Assembly: GCA_964016885.1 (NCBI GenBank) | Contig: OZ024745.1 | Location: forward strand, 28,582,001-28,646,000 | Origin: Eledone cirrhosa | Lineage: Eukaryota | Reading direction: 5' to 3' | DNA: 64,000 nt | In this document: positions 1 to 14,565 of the stretch, in pieces | Position numbering within the stretch: position 1 is the first letter of the stretch | Layout: each line of letters begins with the position of its first letter | Made by a program: the position numbers and the translations under genes | The notes under the pieces: generated by a model | The model's input: only the letters and a program-made list of their open reading frames with translations | Database searches by the model: none | Told to the model about the DNA's origin: nothing

Positions 1-3000
1 ACAACCCCCAATACTAGTGGGACATACCGAGACACCATCTCTCCCACCCTCACAACCCCCAATACTAGTGGGCCACGCCGAGACACCATCTCTCCCACCC
101 TCATAACCCCCAATACTAGTGGGACATACCGAGACACCATCACTCCCACCCTCACAACCCCCAATACTAGTGGGCCACCCCGAGACACCATCTCTCCCAC
201 CCTCACAACCCCCAATACTAGTGGGACATACCGAGACACCATCTCTCCCGCCCTCACAACCCCCAATACTCAAGTGGGACATACCGAGACACCATCTCTC
301 CCACCCTCACAACCCCCAATACTAGTGGGCCACGCCGAGACACCATCTCTCCCACCCTCACAACCTCCAATACTAGTGGGCCACGCCGAGACACCATCTC
401 TCCCACCCTCACAACCCCAATACTAGTGGGCCACGCCGAGACACCATCTCTCCCACCCTCACAACCCCCAATACTAGTGGGCCACACCGAGACACCATCT
501 CTCCCACCCTCACAACCCCCAATACTAGTGGGCCACGCCGAGACACCAACTCTCCCACACTCACAACCCCCAATACTAGTGGGCCACGCCGAGACACCAT
601 CTCTCCCACCCTCACAACCCCCAATACTAGTGGGCCACCCCGAGACACCAACTCTCCCACCCTCACAACCACCAATACTAGTGGGACATACCGAGTCACC
701 ATCTCTCCCACTTCTCCCACCCTCACAACCCCCAATACTAGTGGGACATACCGAGACACCATCTCTCCAACCCTCACAACCCCCAATACTAGTGGGCCAC
801 GCCGAGACACCATCTCTCCCACCCTCACAACCCCCAATACTTCTGGGCCACCCCGAGACACCATCTCTCCCACCCTCACAACCCCCAATGCTAGTGGGAC
901 ATACAGAGACACCATCATTCCCACCCTCACAACCCCCAATACTAGTGGACCACCCCGAGACACCAACTCTCCCACCCTCACAACCCCCAATACTAGTGGG
1001 ACATACCGATTCACCATCTCTCCCACTTCTCCCACCCTCACAACCCCCATTACTAGTGGGACATACCGAGACACCATCTCTCCAACCCTCACAACCCCCA
1101 ATACTAGTGGGACATACCGAGACACCATCTCTCCCACCCTCACAACCCCCAATACTAGTGGGACATACCGAGGCACCATCTCTCCCACCCTCACAACCCC
1201 CAATACTAGTGGGCCAAGCTGAGACACCATCTCTCCCACCCTCACAACCCCCAATACTAGTGGGACATACCGAGACACCATCTCTCCCACCCTCACAACC
1301 CCCAATACTAGTGGGCCAAGCTGAGACACCATCTCTCCCACCCTCACAACCCCCAATACTAGTGGGACATACCGAGACACCATCTCTCCCACCCTCACAA
1401 CCCCCAATACTAGTGGGCCAAGCTGAGACACCATCTCTCCCACCCTCACAACCCCCAATACTAGTGGGACATACCGAGACACCATCTCTCCCACCCTCAC
1501 AACCCCCAATACTAGTGGGCCAAGCTGAGACACCATCTCTCCCACCCTCACAACCCCCAATACTAGTGGGACATACCGAGACACCATCTCTCCCACCCTC
1601 ACAACCCCCAATACTAGTGGGCCAAGCTGAGACACCATCTCTCCCACCCTCACAACCCCCAATACTAGTGGGACATACCGAGACACCATCACTCCCACCC
1701 TCACAACCCCCAATACTAGTGGGCCACGCCGAGACACCATCTCTCCCACCCTCACAACCCCCAATACTAGTGGGCCACCCCGAGACACCATCTCTCCCAC
1801 CCTCACAACCCCCAATACTAGTGGGACATACCGAGTCACCATCTCTCCCACTTCTCCCACCCTCACAACCCCCAATACTAGTGGGACATACCGAGACACC
1901 ATCTCTCCCACCCTCTCAACCCCCAATACTAGTGGGACATACCGAGACACCATCTCTCCCACCCCCACAACCCCCAATACTAGTGGGACATACCGAGACA
2001 CCATCTCTCCCACCCTCTCAACCCCCAATACTAGTGGGACATACCGAGACACCATCTCTCCCGCCCTCACAACCCCCAATACTAGTGGGACATACCGAGA
2101 CACCATCTCTCCCGCCCTCACAACCCCCAATACTAGTGGGACATACCGAGACACCATCTCTCCCACCCTCTCAACCCCCAATACTAGTGGGACATACCGA
2201 GACACCATCTCTCCCACCCTCTCAACCCCCAATACTAGTGGGACATACCGAGACACCATCTCTCCCGCCCTCTCAACCCCCAATACTAGTGGGACATACC
2301 GAGACACCATCTCTCCCGCCCTCACAACCCCCAATACTAGTGGGACATACCGAGACACCATCTCTCCCACCCTCTCAACCCCCAATACTAGTGGGACATA
2401 CCGAGACACCATCTCTCCCACCCTCTCAACCCCCAATACTAGTGGGACATACCGAGACACCATCTCTCCCGCCCTCACAACCCCCAATACTAGTGGGACA
2501 TACCGAGTCACCATCTCTCCCACCCTCACAACCCCCAATACTAGTGGGACATACCGAGACACCATCTCTCCCACCCCCACAACCCCCAATACTAGTGGGA
2601 CATACCGAGACACCATCTCTCCCACCCTCTCAACCCCCAATACTAGTGGGACATACCGAGACACCATCTCTCCCACCCCCACAACCCCCAATACTAGTGG
2701 GACATACCGAGACACCATCTCTCTCACCCTCAACACCCCCAATACTAGTGGGACATACCGAGACACCATCTCTCTCACCCTCAACACCCCCAATACTAGT
2801 GGGACATACCGAGACACCATCTCTCTCACCCTCAACACCCCCAATACTAGTGGGACATACCGAGACACCATCTCTCCCACCCTCACAACCCCCAATACTA
2901 GTGGGACATACCGAGACACCATCTCTCTCACCCTCAACACCCCCAATACTAGTGGGACATACCGAGACACCATCTCTCCCACCCTCACAACCCCCAATAC

Positions 3001-3450
3001 TAGTGGGACATACCGAGACACCATCTCTCTCACCCTCAACACCCCCAATACTAGTGGGACATACCGAGACACCATCTCTCCCACCCTCACAACCCCCAAT
3101 ACTAGTGGGACATACCGAGACACCATCTCTCTCACCCTCAACACCCCCAATACTAGTGGGACATACCGAGACACCATCTCTCCCACCCTCACAACCCCCA
3201 ATACTAGTGGGACATACCGAGACACCATCTCTCCCACCCCCACAACCCCCAATACTAGTGGGACATACCGAGACACCATCTCTCTCACCCTCAACACCCC
3301 CAATACTAGTGGGACATACCGAGACACCATCTCTCTCACCCTCAACACCCCCAATACTAGTGGGACATACCGAGACACCATCTCTCCCACCCTCTCAACC
3401 CCCAATACTAGTGGGACATACCGAGACACCATCCCTCCCGCCCTAACAAC
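1..3450. repeat. 51-bp tandem minisatellite, ~67 copies, running off the window start
   Basis: Unit GTGGGACATACCGAGACACCATCTCTCCCACCCTCACAACCCCCAATACTA, read directly; variants occur in blocks. Confidence 0.97.
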
Positions 3451-3839
3451 CCTATTAGCCTGTTGCTTATAAATAACAGGCTGCTAGTGAGTGGGGAGAA
3501 GGAGAAGATGGAAGGGGTTTAAACCTGTCTGTAAAACCTATCTTTATTTTTTTATTTTTTTATCTTTACCTTTTTATATATATTTTATTTATATAAATGA
3601 CTTTTAGTGACGGTCAGTAAATAATAAATGAACGCTAAATGACCATCTACCCCCCCGCCCATCTCCCCGCCTTCTTCATTCCCTTTCACGACTCACTGGA
3701 CTTTTAAGCAGTAGCATCAACCATCTCTCAGATGTCACCATTAGTCTTCTTTATATCCTTCCCCACCCCCGAGATATATATGTATTTTTTACGACCCCCT
3801 AATTCTAGCCTTATTGCCAATGCATGGCACGGCACTCTT

Positions 3840-4715
3840 TGTTCTTTCCGTCTTTCTTTCGTTCTTTCTTTCATTCCTTCTTTCTTTCTTTCTTTATTTC
3901 TTTATTTATTTCATTTTTTATTTCTTTCGTCCTTTTTTTTTCCTTCTCTCGTTCCTTCTTTCATTCATTCTTTCATTCTTTCTTTCGTTCTTTCATTCTT
4001 TCTCTCGTTCTTTCTTTTTTCATTCTCTCGTTATTTCATTATTTCTCTCATTCTTTCGTTTTCATTCTTTCTCTCGTTCTTTCATTATTTCTCTCATTCT
4101 TTCGTTTTCATTCTTTCTCTCGTTCTTTCGTTCTTTCATTCTTTCTCTCGTTCTTTCATTCTTTCTCTCATTCTTTCGTTTTCATTCTTTCTCTCATTCT
4201 TTCGTTCTTTCATTCTTTCTCTCATTCTTTCGTTTTCATTCTTTCTCTCGTTCTTTCGTTTTCATTCTTTCTCTCGTTCTTTCATTCTTTCTCTCATTCT
4301 TTCGTTTTCATTCTTTCTCTCATTCTTTCGTTCTTTCATTCTTTCTCTCCATTCTTTCGTTTTCATTCTTTCTCTCATTCTTTCGTTCTTTCATTCTTTC
4401 TCTCGTTATTTCATTATTTCTCTCATTCTTTCGTTTTCATTCTTTCTCTCGTTCTTTCGTTCTTTCATTCTTTCTCTCGTTCTTTCATTCTTTCTCTCAT
4501 TCTTTCGTTCTTTCGTTCTTTCATTCTTTCTCTCGTTCTTTCATTCTTTCTCTCATTCTTTCGTTCTTTCATTCTTTCTCTCGTTCTTTCATTCTTTCTC
4601 TCGTTCTTTCTTTCGTGCTTTCTCTCGTTCTTTCTCTCTTTCTTTCGATCTTTCTCTCCTTCTTTCATTCTTTCTCTCTTTCTTTCGATCTTTCTCTCCT
4701 TCTTTCATTCTATTT
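3840..4715. repeat. Pyrimidine-rich (TTTC/TTCA/TTCG) composite satellite
   Basis: Repeating TTCTTTCATTCTTTCTCTCG-like units. Confidence 0.92.
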
Positions 4716-5035
4716 TAATATCCTGCCAGCCCCTTTTCCTCCCACTCTCCTCTCTATTTTCATGTGTTGTTATTGTTTTTGTAGTTGTTGCTGTTGTTGT
4801 TTTCGTCTTTGAAAATTTGCATGTGTGTATATATATAGTTAGTGTGTATATACTTAGTACGTATATACACCTAGTGTGCATGTGTATATAGGTAGTGTGT
4901 ATATATACATAGTGTTAGTATATATACTTAGTGTATGTATAAACTTTGTGTGTATATATATATATACTTTGTGTGTGTATATATTAATGTGTATATATAT
5001 ATACTGAGTGTGTGTATAACAACTTAGTGTGTTTG

Positions 5036-5312
5036 AGGGTGCCTGGCTTAGTGGTTAGGGTATTCGACTCATGATGGTAAGGTCGTGAGTTCGATTCCCC
5101 GCAGTATGTTGTGTCCTTAAGCAAGACACTTTAGTCCACTCAGGGCAAATATGACTTGCACCAACTTTGTCACGCTGAATCTCCCTGAGATCGATGTTAA
5201 AGGTAGACATGTCTATGGAATGCTCAGCCACTTACACATTAATTTTACACAAACAAGCTGTTCCGTTAATCGCATCAACTAGAAACTCGTCGTCGTAACC
5301 GACGGAGTGCCA
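5036..5312 (+). mobile_element. tRNA-derived SINE, family 1
   Basis: A-box-like TGGCTTAGTGG and B-box GTTCGATTCC, then TGTGTCCTTAAGCAAGACACT; related copies near 21255, 26870, 42555, 49070 and 49810. Confidence 0.8.
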
Positions 5313-5324
5313 GTTAGTTTTATA

Positions 5325-5515
5325 TTGGTTTCTGATTTAGGCACAAGGCCAACAATTTTGCGGGAGGGGCAAATCGATTAAATCGACCTCAGTGCATTAC
5401 TGATATTTTTATTTTATCGACCCCGTAAAGATGAAAGCTCAGCAGGATTTCAACTCAGATCGTAAAGGGCCGTAACTCTATGCCATAAAGCATGTTGTCC
5501 GACACTCCACCGATT
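5325..5515 (-). mobile_element. SINE, family 2 (GGGGTCGATAAAATAAAGTACCAG body)
   Basis: Reverse complement of the copy at 17267-17460; other copies near 15885, 16110, 17990, 21970, 23790, 29490, 36480-37130, 43630, 44860, 49465, 62200 and 62500. Confidence 0.8.
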
Positions 5516-8500
5516 ATATTAGTGTGTGTATATATTAGTGTGTGTATATATTTAGTGTGCGTATATATTTAGTGTGTGTATATATATTTAGTGTGTGTAT
5601 ATATTAGTGTGTGTATATATTAGTGTGTGTATATATTTAGTGTGTGTATATATTTAGTGTGTATATTAGTGTGTGTATATATTTAGTGTGTGTATATATT
5701 AATGTGTGTATATATTTAGTGTGTGTATATATTAGTGTGTGTATATATTAGTGTGTATATATTAGTGTGTGTATATATTTAGTGTGTATATATTTAATGT
5801 GTGTATATATTAGTGTGTGTATATATTAGTGTGTGTATATATTTAGTGTGTGTATATATTAGTGTGTGTATATATTTAGTGTGTGTATATATTAGTGTGT
5901 ATATATTAGTGTGTGTATATTAGTGTGTGTATATATTTAGTGTGTGTATATATTTAGTGTGTGTATATATTAGTGTGTGTATATATTTAGTGTGTGTATA
6001 TATTAGTGTGTGTATATATTAGTGTGTATATATTAGTGTGTATATATATTTAGTGCGTGTATATATTAATGTGTATATATATTTAGTGTGTGTATATATT
6101 AATGTGTGTATATATTAGTGTGTGTATATTAGTGTGTGTATATATTTAGTGTGTGTATATATTAGTGTGTATATATTAATGTGTGTATATATTAGTGTGT
6201 GTATATATTAGTGTGTGTATATATTTAGTGTGTGTATATATTTAGTGTGTATATTAGTGTGTGTATATATTTAGTGTGTGTATATATTAATGTGTGTATA
6301 TATTTAGTGTGTGTATATATTAGTGTGTGTATATATTAGTGTGTATATATTAGTGTGTGTATATATTTAGTGTGTATATATTTAGTGTGTGTATATATTA
6401 GTGTGTGTATATATTAGTGTGTGTATATATTAGTGTGTGTATATATTTAGTGTGTGTATATATTAGTGTGTATATATTAGTGTGTGTATATTAGTGTGTG
6501 TATATATTTAGTGTGTGTATATATTTAGTGTGTGTATATATTAGTGTGTGTATATATTTAGTGTGTGTATATATTAGTGTGTGTATATATTAGTGTGTAT
6601 ATATTAGTGTGTGTATATATTAATGTGTATATATATTTAGTGCGTGTATATATTAATGTGTATATATATTTAGTGTGTGTATATATTAATGTGTGTATAT
6701 ATTAGTGTGTGTATATATTTGGTGTGTGTATATATTTAGTGTGTGTATATATTAGTATGTGTATATTAGTGTGTGTATATATTAGTGTGTGTATATATTT
6801 AGTGTGTATATATTTAGTGTGTGTATATATTAGTGTGTGTATATATTAGTGTGTGTATATATTAGTGTGTGTATATATTTAGTGTGTGTATATATTTAGT
6901 GTGTATATTAGTGTGTGTATATATTTAGTGTGTGTATATATTAATGTGTGTATATATTTAGTGTGTGTATATATTAGTGTGTGTATATATTAGTGTGTAT
7001 ATATTAGTGTGTGTATATATTTAGTGTGTATATATTTAGTGTGTGTATATATTAGTGTGTGTATATATTAGTGTGTGTATATATTTAGTGTGTGTATATA
7101 TTAGTGTGTGTATATATTTAGTGTGTGTATATATTAGTGTGTATATATTAGTGTGTGTATATTAGTGTGTGTATATATTAGTGTGTATATATTAGTGTGT
7201 GTATATTAGTGTGTGTATATATTTAGTGTGTGTATATATTAGTGTGTGTATATATTTAGTGTGTGTATATTAGTGTGTGTATATTAGTGTGTGTATATAT
7301 TAATGTGTATATATATTTAGTGTGTGTATATATTAGTGTGTGTATATATTTAGTGTGTGTATATATTAGTGTGTGTATATATTTAGTGTGTGTATATATT
7401 TAGTGTGTGTATATTAGTGTGTGTATATTAGTGTGTATATATTAGTGTGTGTATATTAGTGTGTGTATATTAGTGTGTGTATATTAGTGTGTATATATTA
7501 GTGTGTGTATATTAGTGTGTGTATATTAGTGTGTATATATTAGTGTGTGTATATTAGTGTGTGTATATTAGTGTGTATATATTAGTGTGTGTATATTAGT
7601 GTGTGTATATTAGTGTGTGTATATTAGTGTGTGTATATTAGTGTGTATATATTAGTGTGTGTATATTAGTGTGTGTATATTAGTGTGTATATATTAGTGT
7701 GTGTATATTAGTGTGTGTATATTAGTGTGTATATATTAGTGTGTGTATATTAGTGTGTGTATATTAGTGTGTATATATTAGTGTGTGTATATTAGTGTGT
7801 GTATATTAGTGTGTGTATATTAGTGTGTGTATATTAGTGTGTGTATATTAGTGTGTATATATTAGTGTGTGTGTATATATTAGTGTGTGTATATTAGTGT
7901 GTGTATATTAGTGTGTGTATATTAGTGTGTGTGTATATATTAGTGTGTGTATATTAGTGTGTGTATATTAGTGTGTGTATATTAGTGTGTATATATTAGT
8001 GTGTGTATATTAGTGTGTATATATTAGTGTGTGTATATTAGTGTGTGTATATTAGTGTGTGTATATTAGTGCGTGTATATTAGTGAGTGTATATATTAGT
8101 GAGTGTATATATTAGTGTGTGTATATTAGTGTGTGTATATTAGTGTGTATATATTAGTGTGTGTATATTAGTGTGTGTATATTAGTGTGTGTATATTAGT
8201 GTGTGTATATTAGTGTGTGTATATTAGTGTGTGTATATTAGTGTGTGTATATTAGTGTGTGTATATTAGTGAGTGTATATTAGTGTGTGTATATATTAGT
8301 GTGTGTATATTAGTGTGTGTATATTAGTGTGTGTATATTAGTGTGTGTATATTAGTGTGTGTATATTAGTGTGTGTATATTAGTGTGTGTATATTAGTGT
8401 GTGTATATTAGTGTGTGTATATTAGTGAGTGTATATATTAGTGTGTGTATATTAGTGAGTGTATATATTAGTGTGTGTATATTAGTGTGTGTATATATTA

Positions 8501-9052
8501 GTGTGTGTATATTAGTGAGTGTATATATTAGTGTGTGTATATTAGTGAGTGTATATATTAGTGTGTGTATATTAGTGAGTGTATATATTAGTGTGTGTAT
8601 ATTAGTGTGTGTATATATTAGTGTGTGTATATTAGTGTGTGTATATTAGTGTGTGTATATTAGTGTGTGTATATTAGTGAGTGTATATTAGTGAGTGTAT
8701 ATATTTAGTGTGTGTATATATTTAGTGTGTATATATTAGTGTGTGTATATTAGTGAGTGTATATTAGTGAGTGTATATATTTAGTGTGTGTATATATTTA
8801 GTGTGTATATATTAGTGTGTGTATATTAGTGTGTGTATATTAGTGTGTGTATATATTAGTGTGTATATATTAGTGTGTATATATTAGTGTGTGTATATTA
8901 GTGTGTGTATATTAGTGAGTGTATATTAGTGTGTATATATTAGTGTGTGTATATATTTAGTGTGTGTATATATTTAGTGTGTGTATATTAGTGTGTATAT
9001 ATTAGTGTGTGTATATTAGTGAGTGTATATTAGTGTGTGTATATATTAGTGT
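5515..9052. repeat. (TATATTAGTGTGTG)n-type 14-17 bp satellite, ~3.5 kb
   Basis: Continuous array read directly. Confidence 0.97.
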
Positions 9053-9686
9053 GTTGTTTGGGTGTGTTGTGTTAGGTGTACTTGGCCATGTCTAATGGGG
9101 TTAGTTTGTAGCCATGACACTCCTTAAACCCCCTACCCACCCATAACTGTACAGCAGCCGTCCTTCATCACTGTACCCCACCACCTTTGTACACCAACCC
9201 TCACCTCATCCCATATACCCTATCACTGACACACCACCACTCAATCACTATATCTCCCCACCGTTGTACACTCACCCTTCCTCTCCATCATTATACCTAT
9301 CACACACACATACCCGGTCAGTGAACCACCACCACCACCTCTACTGCTATAGTTATCCCCACCCCGATCTCGGAAGCCCTTAATCCCCACCGCACCCTCA
9401 ATAACTGATGACCCCCAATATAGTCAATGTTTAGACTGGCTGACGTGACCACTGCACTCTCACCTCTTACTACTCTACACCCACCCCGACCACTGTACCC
9501 ACTCCACCCCAGCCCACGTGATCACTGATCTCCCCCAAAACACTTCGCTGGAAACTTCAAAGAGAAACTACGAGATTCCGACGTGATTATCAGTTTTATA
9601 GTGGTCAATGATGTTGAGTTACCTCTGGGAGGTCATCGAGGTTGATACTGAGGCCTCTTTACATTTTGTCACAATTTCTTTGTACT

Positions 9687-9848
9687 TTCTTCTTCTTCTT
9701 CTTCTTCTTCGTCGTCGTCGTCGTCATCATCATCATCTTCACCATCGTCGTCATCTTCTTCTTCTTCTTCTTCTTCTTCTTCTTCTTCTTCTTCTTCTTC
9801 TTCTTCTTCTTCTTCTTCTTCTTCTTCAACTTCTTCTTCAACTTCTTC
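9687..9848. repeat. (CTT)n/(CGT)n/(CAT)n microsatellite
   Basis: Direct. Confidence 0.95.
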
Positions 9849-10019
9849 CGATTATTGCCGAAGTGCCTGTTATCTTTTCAATCAAACCTAGATACCTCTC
9901 GTATTCGATATTCGATAATATTCATAGAATTTTGAAGCCAGTTATTCAATCAACGAGAGAAAAAAATTTTCACATTCCATTATAGGAAATTAAAACCCAA
10001 AAAGGAAAGAACCCAGTGG

Positions 10020-10246
10020 TCGGATCAGACCAATGAAAACATTGTTTCCATTGGTCTTTCCATTGCTGAAACCCTCTGTTAGTCACAACTCCTGGCAGAA
10101 GAAAGGAGCTGATCATCAGATCAGGCCAAGGAAACAATGTTTCCATCGGTCTTTCCATTGTTTAGGAAGGCAACGCACCACCAGTTTCAAAAATCGAACC
10201 CACAATCTTATAATTGTGAGTCGAACACACTAACCACAAGGTCATA
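10020..10246 (-). mobile_element. tRNA-headed SINE with a duplicated internal hairpin unit
   Basis: Reverse tRNA-like head at ~10193-10245; GATCAGACCAATGAAAACATTGTTTCCATTGGTCTTTCCATTG occurs twice; homologous bodies at ~49200-49265 and ~56250-56325. Confidence 0.6.
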
Positions 10247-10412
10247 TTATAGGGACGCTAGAACAATGGAAGTTAAAAATTCAGCAATGAAAGCTACTAG
10301 AGTCGTAAGAGTAGAAATGGGGTCAGACAAGGAGTTGGGGAGGAAGAGAGAAAATGATATCAAATACACGGGTTAGCAGTCTGGGTAGATCACCAATTAG
10401 AAGTATCTATAC

Positions 10413-10883
10413 CGGGGGTCGACAACCCCAGGCTCGCGAAGCATTTTTGTCCGGCCCGCAAACAGGTTTCAATCTTAGGCTAAGCGAACCCTAAAAAAGT
10501 GGTCTGAATTATTTGGGATTAGAATACCTACTAGAGAACACGTCTAGCCACATAACTCACCTAGCTGAACGTAATGTTTTGCCTGACAGCAACAAACAAT
10601 CTAATTCAGACAGAGAATATCTCATGAAACAGTTTACCATTTCTGTCTGTATTTTATTTATAGTAAGGAATGTCATTAAATATCACAAAATTAATTGTTC
10701 TTCTTTAAATCCCGGGATTAAGGTAGCAAAGTAGCCTTCTGGACAGAGCAGTCAAAGGTCAAGGAAATTTATTATATTTTGATATCATGGCTCACCGACG
10801 AGACACTGCATAACTATGTGGCCTGCCGGTGAGACACTGCATAGCGATGTGGTCCGCACACCCCAAAAGGTTGCCGACTCTTG
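10413..10883. mobile_element. Non-autonomous hAT (Charlie-like) DNA transposon
   Basis: Imperfect TIRs CGGGGGTCGACAACC / GGTTGCCGACTCTTG and a perfect 8-bp TSD ATCTATAC (10405-10412, 10884-10891). Confidence 0.88.
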
Positions 10884-10979
10884 ATCTATACGTAGCCGTG
10901 ATCGTATGTATAAACGAAGACCAACGTTCCGGAATTTTATCAAAGTGTGGTGCATAAATAACAAGATAATCTAAGCATA

Positions 10980-11390
10980 ATTTCTGCTCTGTTGTACTTC
11001 TTTGGGGCTTGAATCTTGTCTGTTTTTCTGCCAGGATTTCTTCTGATTTTGCCTTAAGTCTGTTTAGAAGAACTTTTAGCAGTACTTTGCTGGGGTGGCT
11101 AATTAGGCTGATTGTTCTGTAATTCTGGCAGAGTCTTAAGTTTGCTTGGGGGGCGGGGGTATCGTCAGTGATTGGGTTCACTCCTTTGTTCACTTCTTTG
11201 TTTCCCATATCTTCCATATCTATGTTTTGGCCTTCCGTTTTAGGAAATCTGATGGAATGTTATCGACTCCAGGAGAATTACCATCTTCAAGCATGTGCAC
11301 CGCCTCTTCGACTTCCTCCTGGAGTATTAGAGAATCATCAATTTCATTGTTCTTATTGGTGGAATTGTCCCGGATGTTGATGTGATATCT
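10980..11390 (-). mobile_element. RTE-clade LINE reverse transcriptase fragment
   Basis: CQNYRTISLISHPSKVLLKVLLNRL..EKQTRF..RSTTEQ, the typical start of a non-LTR RT domain. Confidence 0.85.
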
Positions 11391-11437
11391 GAATTTGAAA
11401 GGTCTTTGCCATATTCAATCTTTTGATGACATGAGTC

Positions 11438-11535
<98 letters not shown>

Positions 11536-11541
11536 CAAGTA

Positions 11542-11572
<31 letters not shown>

Positions 11573-11658
11573 TTATATACATCTCACTTTTATCTATGTT
11601 TATCTATATCGATACACCCATGTACACTACCTCTAAAGTAGCATGTTCGCACTAGTAG

Positions 11659-11741
<83 letters not shown>

Positions 11742-11978
11742 CTAATTTTAAGTCAACTTTTCCATTCTGTCACGGGTTGAGAGACAGTCGAAAAGGGGTG
11801 TGCTTCTGCTAATTTATCATTGCGCATGCGTAACCGGAAGCCTTGAGACAGACAGAGTTACTATAATATTAATAGGATATATATCATATGCATAAGAGTG
11901 TAGGGATATTTAGTCACGCGGACACTGAAACAAACGCATTTGTAGGCAGACTCCACGCAATTAAGCACTCACACACAC

Positions 11979-12009
<31 letters not shown>

Positions 12010-12407
12010 CACACATAGACGCAGATCAATACATACACACACACACACATATATATATACACACATTCACGTATACACACATTCACATATACACACATAG
12101 ACGCAGATCAGTACACACATATGCACGCACACACACACGCAAACATGCACATATACACGCAACTTACACATGGATACATAAACCCAAACATAGATAAACA
12201 TATAAATGTACACATATATACACACATACGTATACACATACAAAGAGACACGCACACACATACACACACTAAGACATATATACAAATGTGCACACATATA
12301 CGCACACAAACACATACACATATACACACATATATAAGCTACAGTAACGATTGAACAAACCATTAAGCAATTCACTGTTGTGTGACTGAAACCATTGACT
12401 GTTTACT

Positions 12408-12537
12408 GGCGGCGGTGGTGGTGGTGTTGTTGTTGGTGGTGGTGGTCTGGTGGTGAAGGTGGTAGTGGTGGTGGTCTGGTGGTGGTGGTCTGGTGGTGGA
12501 GGTGGTGTTGTTGTTGTTGCTGTTGTTGTTGGTGGTG

Positions 12538-12568
<31 letters not shown>

Positions 12569-12569
12569 A

Positions 12570-12628
<59 letters not shown>

Positions 12629-12629
12629 A

Positions 12630-12676
<47 letters not shown>

Positions 12677-12677
12677 A

Positions 12678-12733
<56 letters not shown>

Positions 12734-12734
12734 A

Positions 12735-12775
<41 letters not shown>

Positions 12776-12803
12776 AGGTGGTAGTAGTAGTAGTAGTAGT
12801 AGA

Positions 12804-12862
<59 letters not shown>

Positions 12863-12878
12863 AGGTGGTGGTGGTTTA

Positions 12879-12914
<36 letters not shown>

Positions 12915-12998
12915 GGTGGTGGTGGTTGAAGTAATAGTAGTAGTAGTAGTAGTAGTAGTAGAGGTGGTGGTGGTTGAAGTAGAAGTAGTAGTAGTAGA

Positions 12999-13058
<60 letters not shown>

Positions 13059-13074
13059 GGTGGTGGTGGTGGTG

Positions 13075-13115
<41 letters not shown>
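12408..13115. repeat. (GTA)n/(GTG)n trinucleotide array
   Basis: Direct. Confidence 0.96.
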
Positions 13116-13116
<1 letters not shown>

Positions 13117-13559
13117 AAATATATAAAGGTAGCTGTGGGAGGTAGTTGATAGAAGGGGGGGGGGGATGAATGAGAGTGACACGAGGTGAGGGTGGGTAGG
13201 TGTTTGAAGTAGAGTGGAGTGAGGGCAGGACTGTATAGTGTAGTGGGGAGATGTAGAAGGTATGATGTTGGGAATGAGCTCTCTTAGCTGTTTGTGTCAT
13301 ATAATTTACAAACAGCCAGCCAAGGGAGACAACACGAATGCACCATTGGCATATATTGGCATAAATCGGGTCGCTGGTGACCTACTGAATGACGTTCACA
13401 AACAAATCGTTATGATTTTTTAATTTGGTTCTTAGTTAAAGAAACAGAATCTTTCTGCCATTTCTTAGTGAAGTTGCTCTCCCGCCTGAACCAAAGCAAC
13501 AAATTCCATTTTTTACACTTTTCTGTCCATCATCACGTCTTTATCTTTGTATTTATTTT

Positions 13560-13669
13560 GCAAGAATCTTCATGTGAAATCCTGTTTTCAAATATATATT
13601 GTTATACTTTTGGAGGGTTATACTGCCAATAAAAACACACACATTGGTGCTTGTGTTTTTATTGGCAGT
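13560..13669 (-). mobile_element. Penelope-like 3' end fragment (family B) with a fold-back hairpin
   Basis: TTGTTATACTTTTGGAGGGTTAT matches the 54661 terminus; hairpin ACTGCCAATAAAAACACA/TGTGTTTTTATTGGCAGT. Confidence 0.65.
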
Positions 13670-13703
13670 GTTGTATATATGTATGTATGTGTATATATAT
13701 ATA

Positions 13704-13868
13704 TAAGTTTATCGTGGGTTCAATCGGGGGTAACCACAGTAAGTAAGGTACTCAATACAAAGCAGAGTATAAATATTTAATATAGAAAGGCTTCTACAGG
13801 ACTAGAACTGATGATTTCTCCCGAAGGAAACAGTTCTAGTCCTGTAGAAGCCTTTCTATATTAAATAT
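13704..13868. mobile_element. Hammerhead-containing insert (family A) with an inverted arm, in (TA)n
   Basis: 38-bp inverted arms 13773-13810 / 13831-13868; homologous to 29945, 49325, 56369 and 58042. Confidence 0.85.
13808..13851 (+). ncRNA. Type I hammerhead core (family A); 5' arm of stem I replaced
   Basis: CUGAUGA-(U)UUC UCCC GAA(G)-GAAA-CAG ttctagtc CUG-UA; GUA at 13844-13846. Confidence 0.7.
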
Positions 13869-13875
13869 ATATACA

Positions 13876-13934
<59 letters not shown>

Positions 13935-13975
13935 CACACACACACACACACACATACACATACAGACAGACAGAC

Positions 13976-14055
<80 letters not shown>

Positions 14056-14100
14056 CACACACACACACATATATATATATATATGTGTGTGTGTGTACCG

Positions 14101-14565
14101 TTCATCAGAGCCACGTACTCCTCTACTTTCCCCGAAAATTATAGAAGTTGGATTCTTATAGAATTCCAGTAATAATCAGGAGCTGATTATACAGAGCGAT
14201 TGCCGGTCCAGCAAAAATTAGGTATTAGGATTGGTGCTCTGAAATAGCGATGTATATATTTGGCAATATACCGTATGTTTAATTAAAAAACATGATTATT
14301 ACTGGAATTCTATAACAATCCAGCTTCTATAATTTTCAGCGAAAGTAGAGGAGGTGCGTGGCTCTGATGAATGCTAACCAGCGTGAAACAGACTGTCAGC
14401 TTCTCTCCCTTCTTTCGCCGAAAAGAAGTAAGTGACATAGTCGCTACTTTAAAACTGATAGCGTATGGTCTTCTAAATGTTTTTAATTAAACATACGGTA
14501 TATTGCCAGATATACTATACATACATTCGTGTATACATCGCTATTTCAGAGCACCAATCCTAATA

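Noticed and set aside
3732-4891. Three long Phe/Ser/Leu-rich ORFs
   Set aside because: Translations of a TTTC satellite that is stop-free by composition
5040-5100. tRNA-like sequence
   Set aside because: SINE head continuing into repeat body; no full cloverleaf
10080-10120. Minus-strand CUGAUGA followed by a CAGCUCCU/AGGAGUUG hairpin
   Set aside because: Followed by GACU rather than GAAA; part of a SINE body
12269-13300. Poly-L/Y/V/S ORFs
   Set aside because: Trinucleotide repeat artefacts
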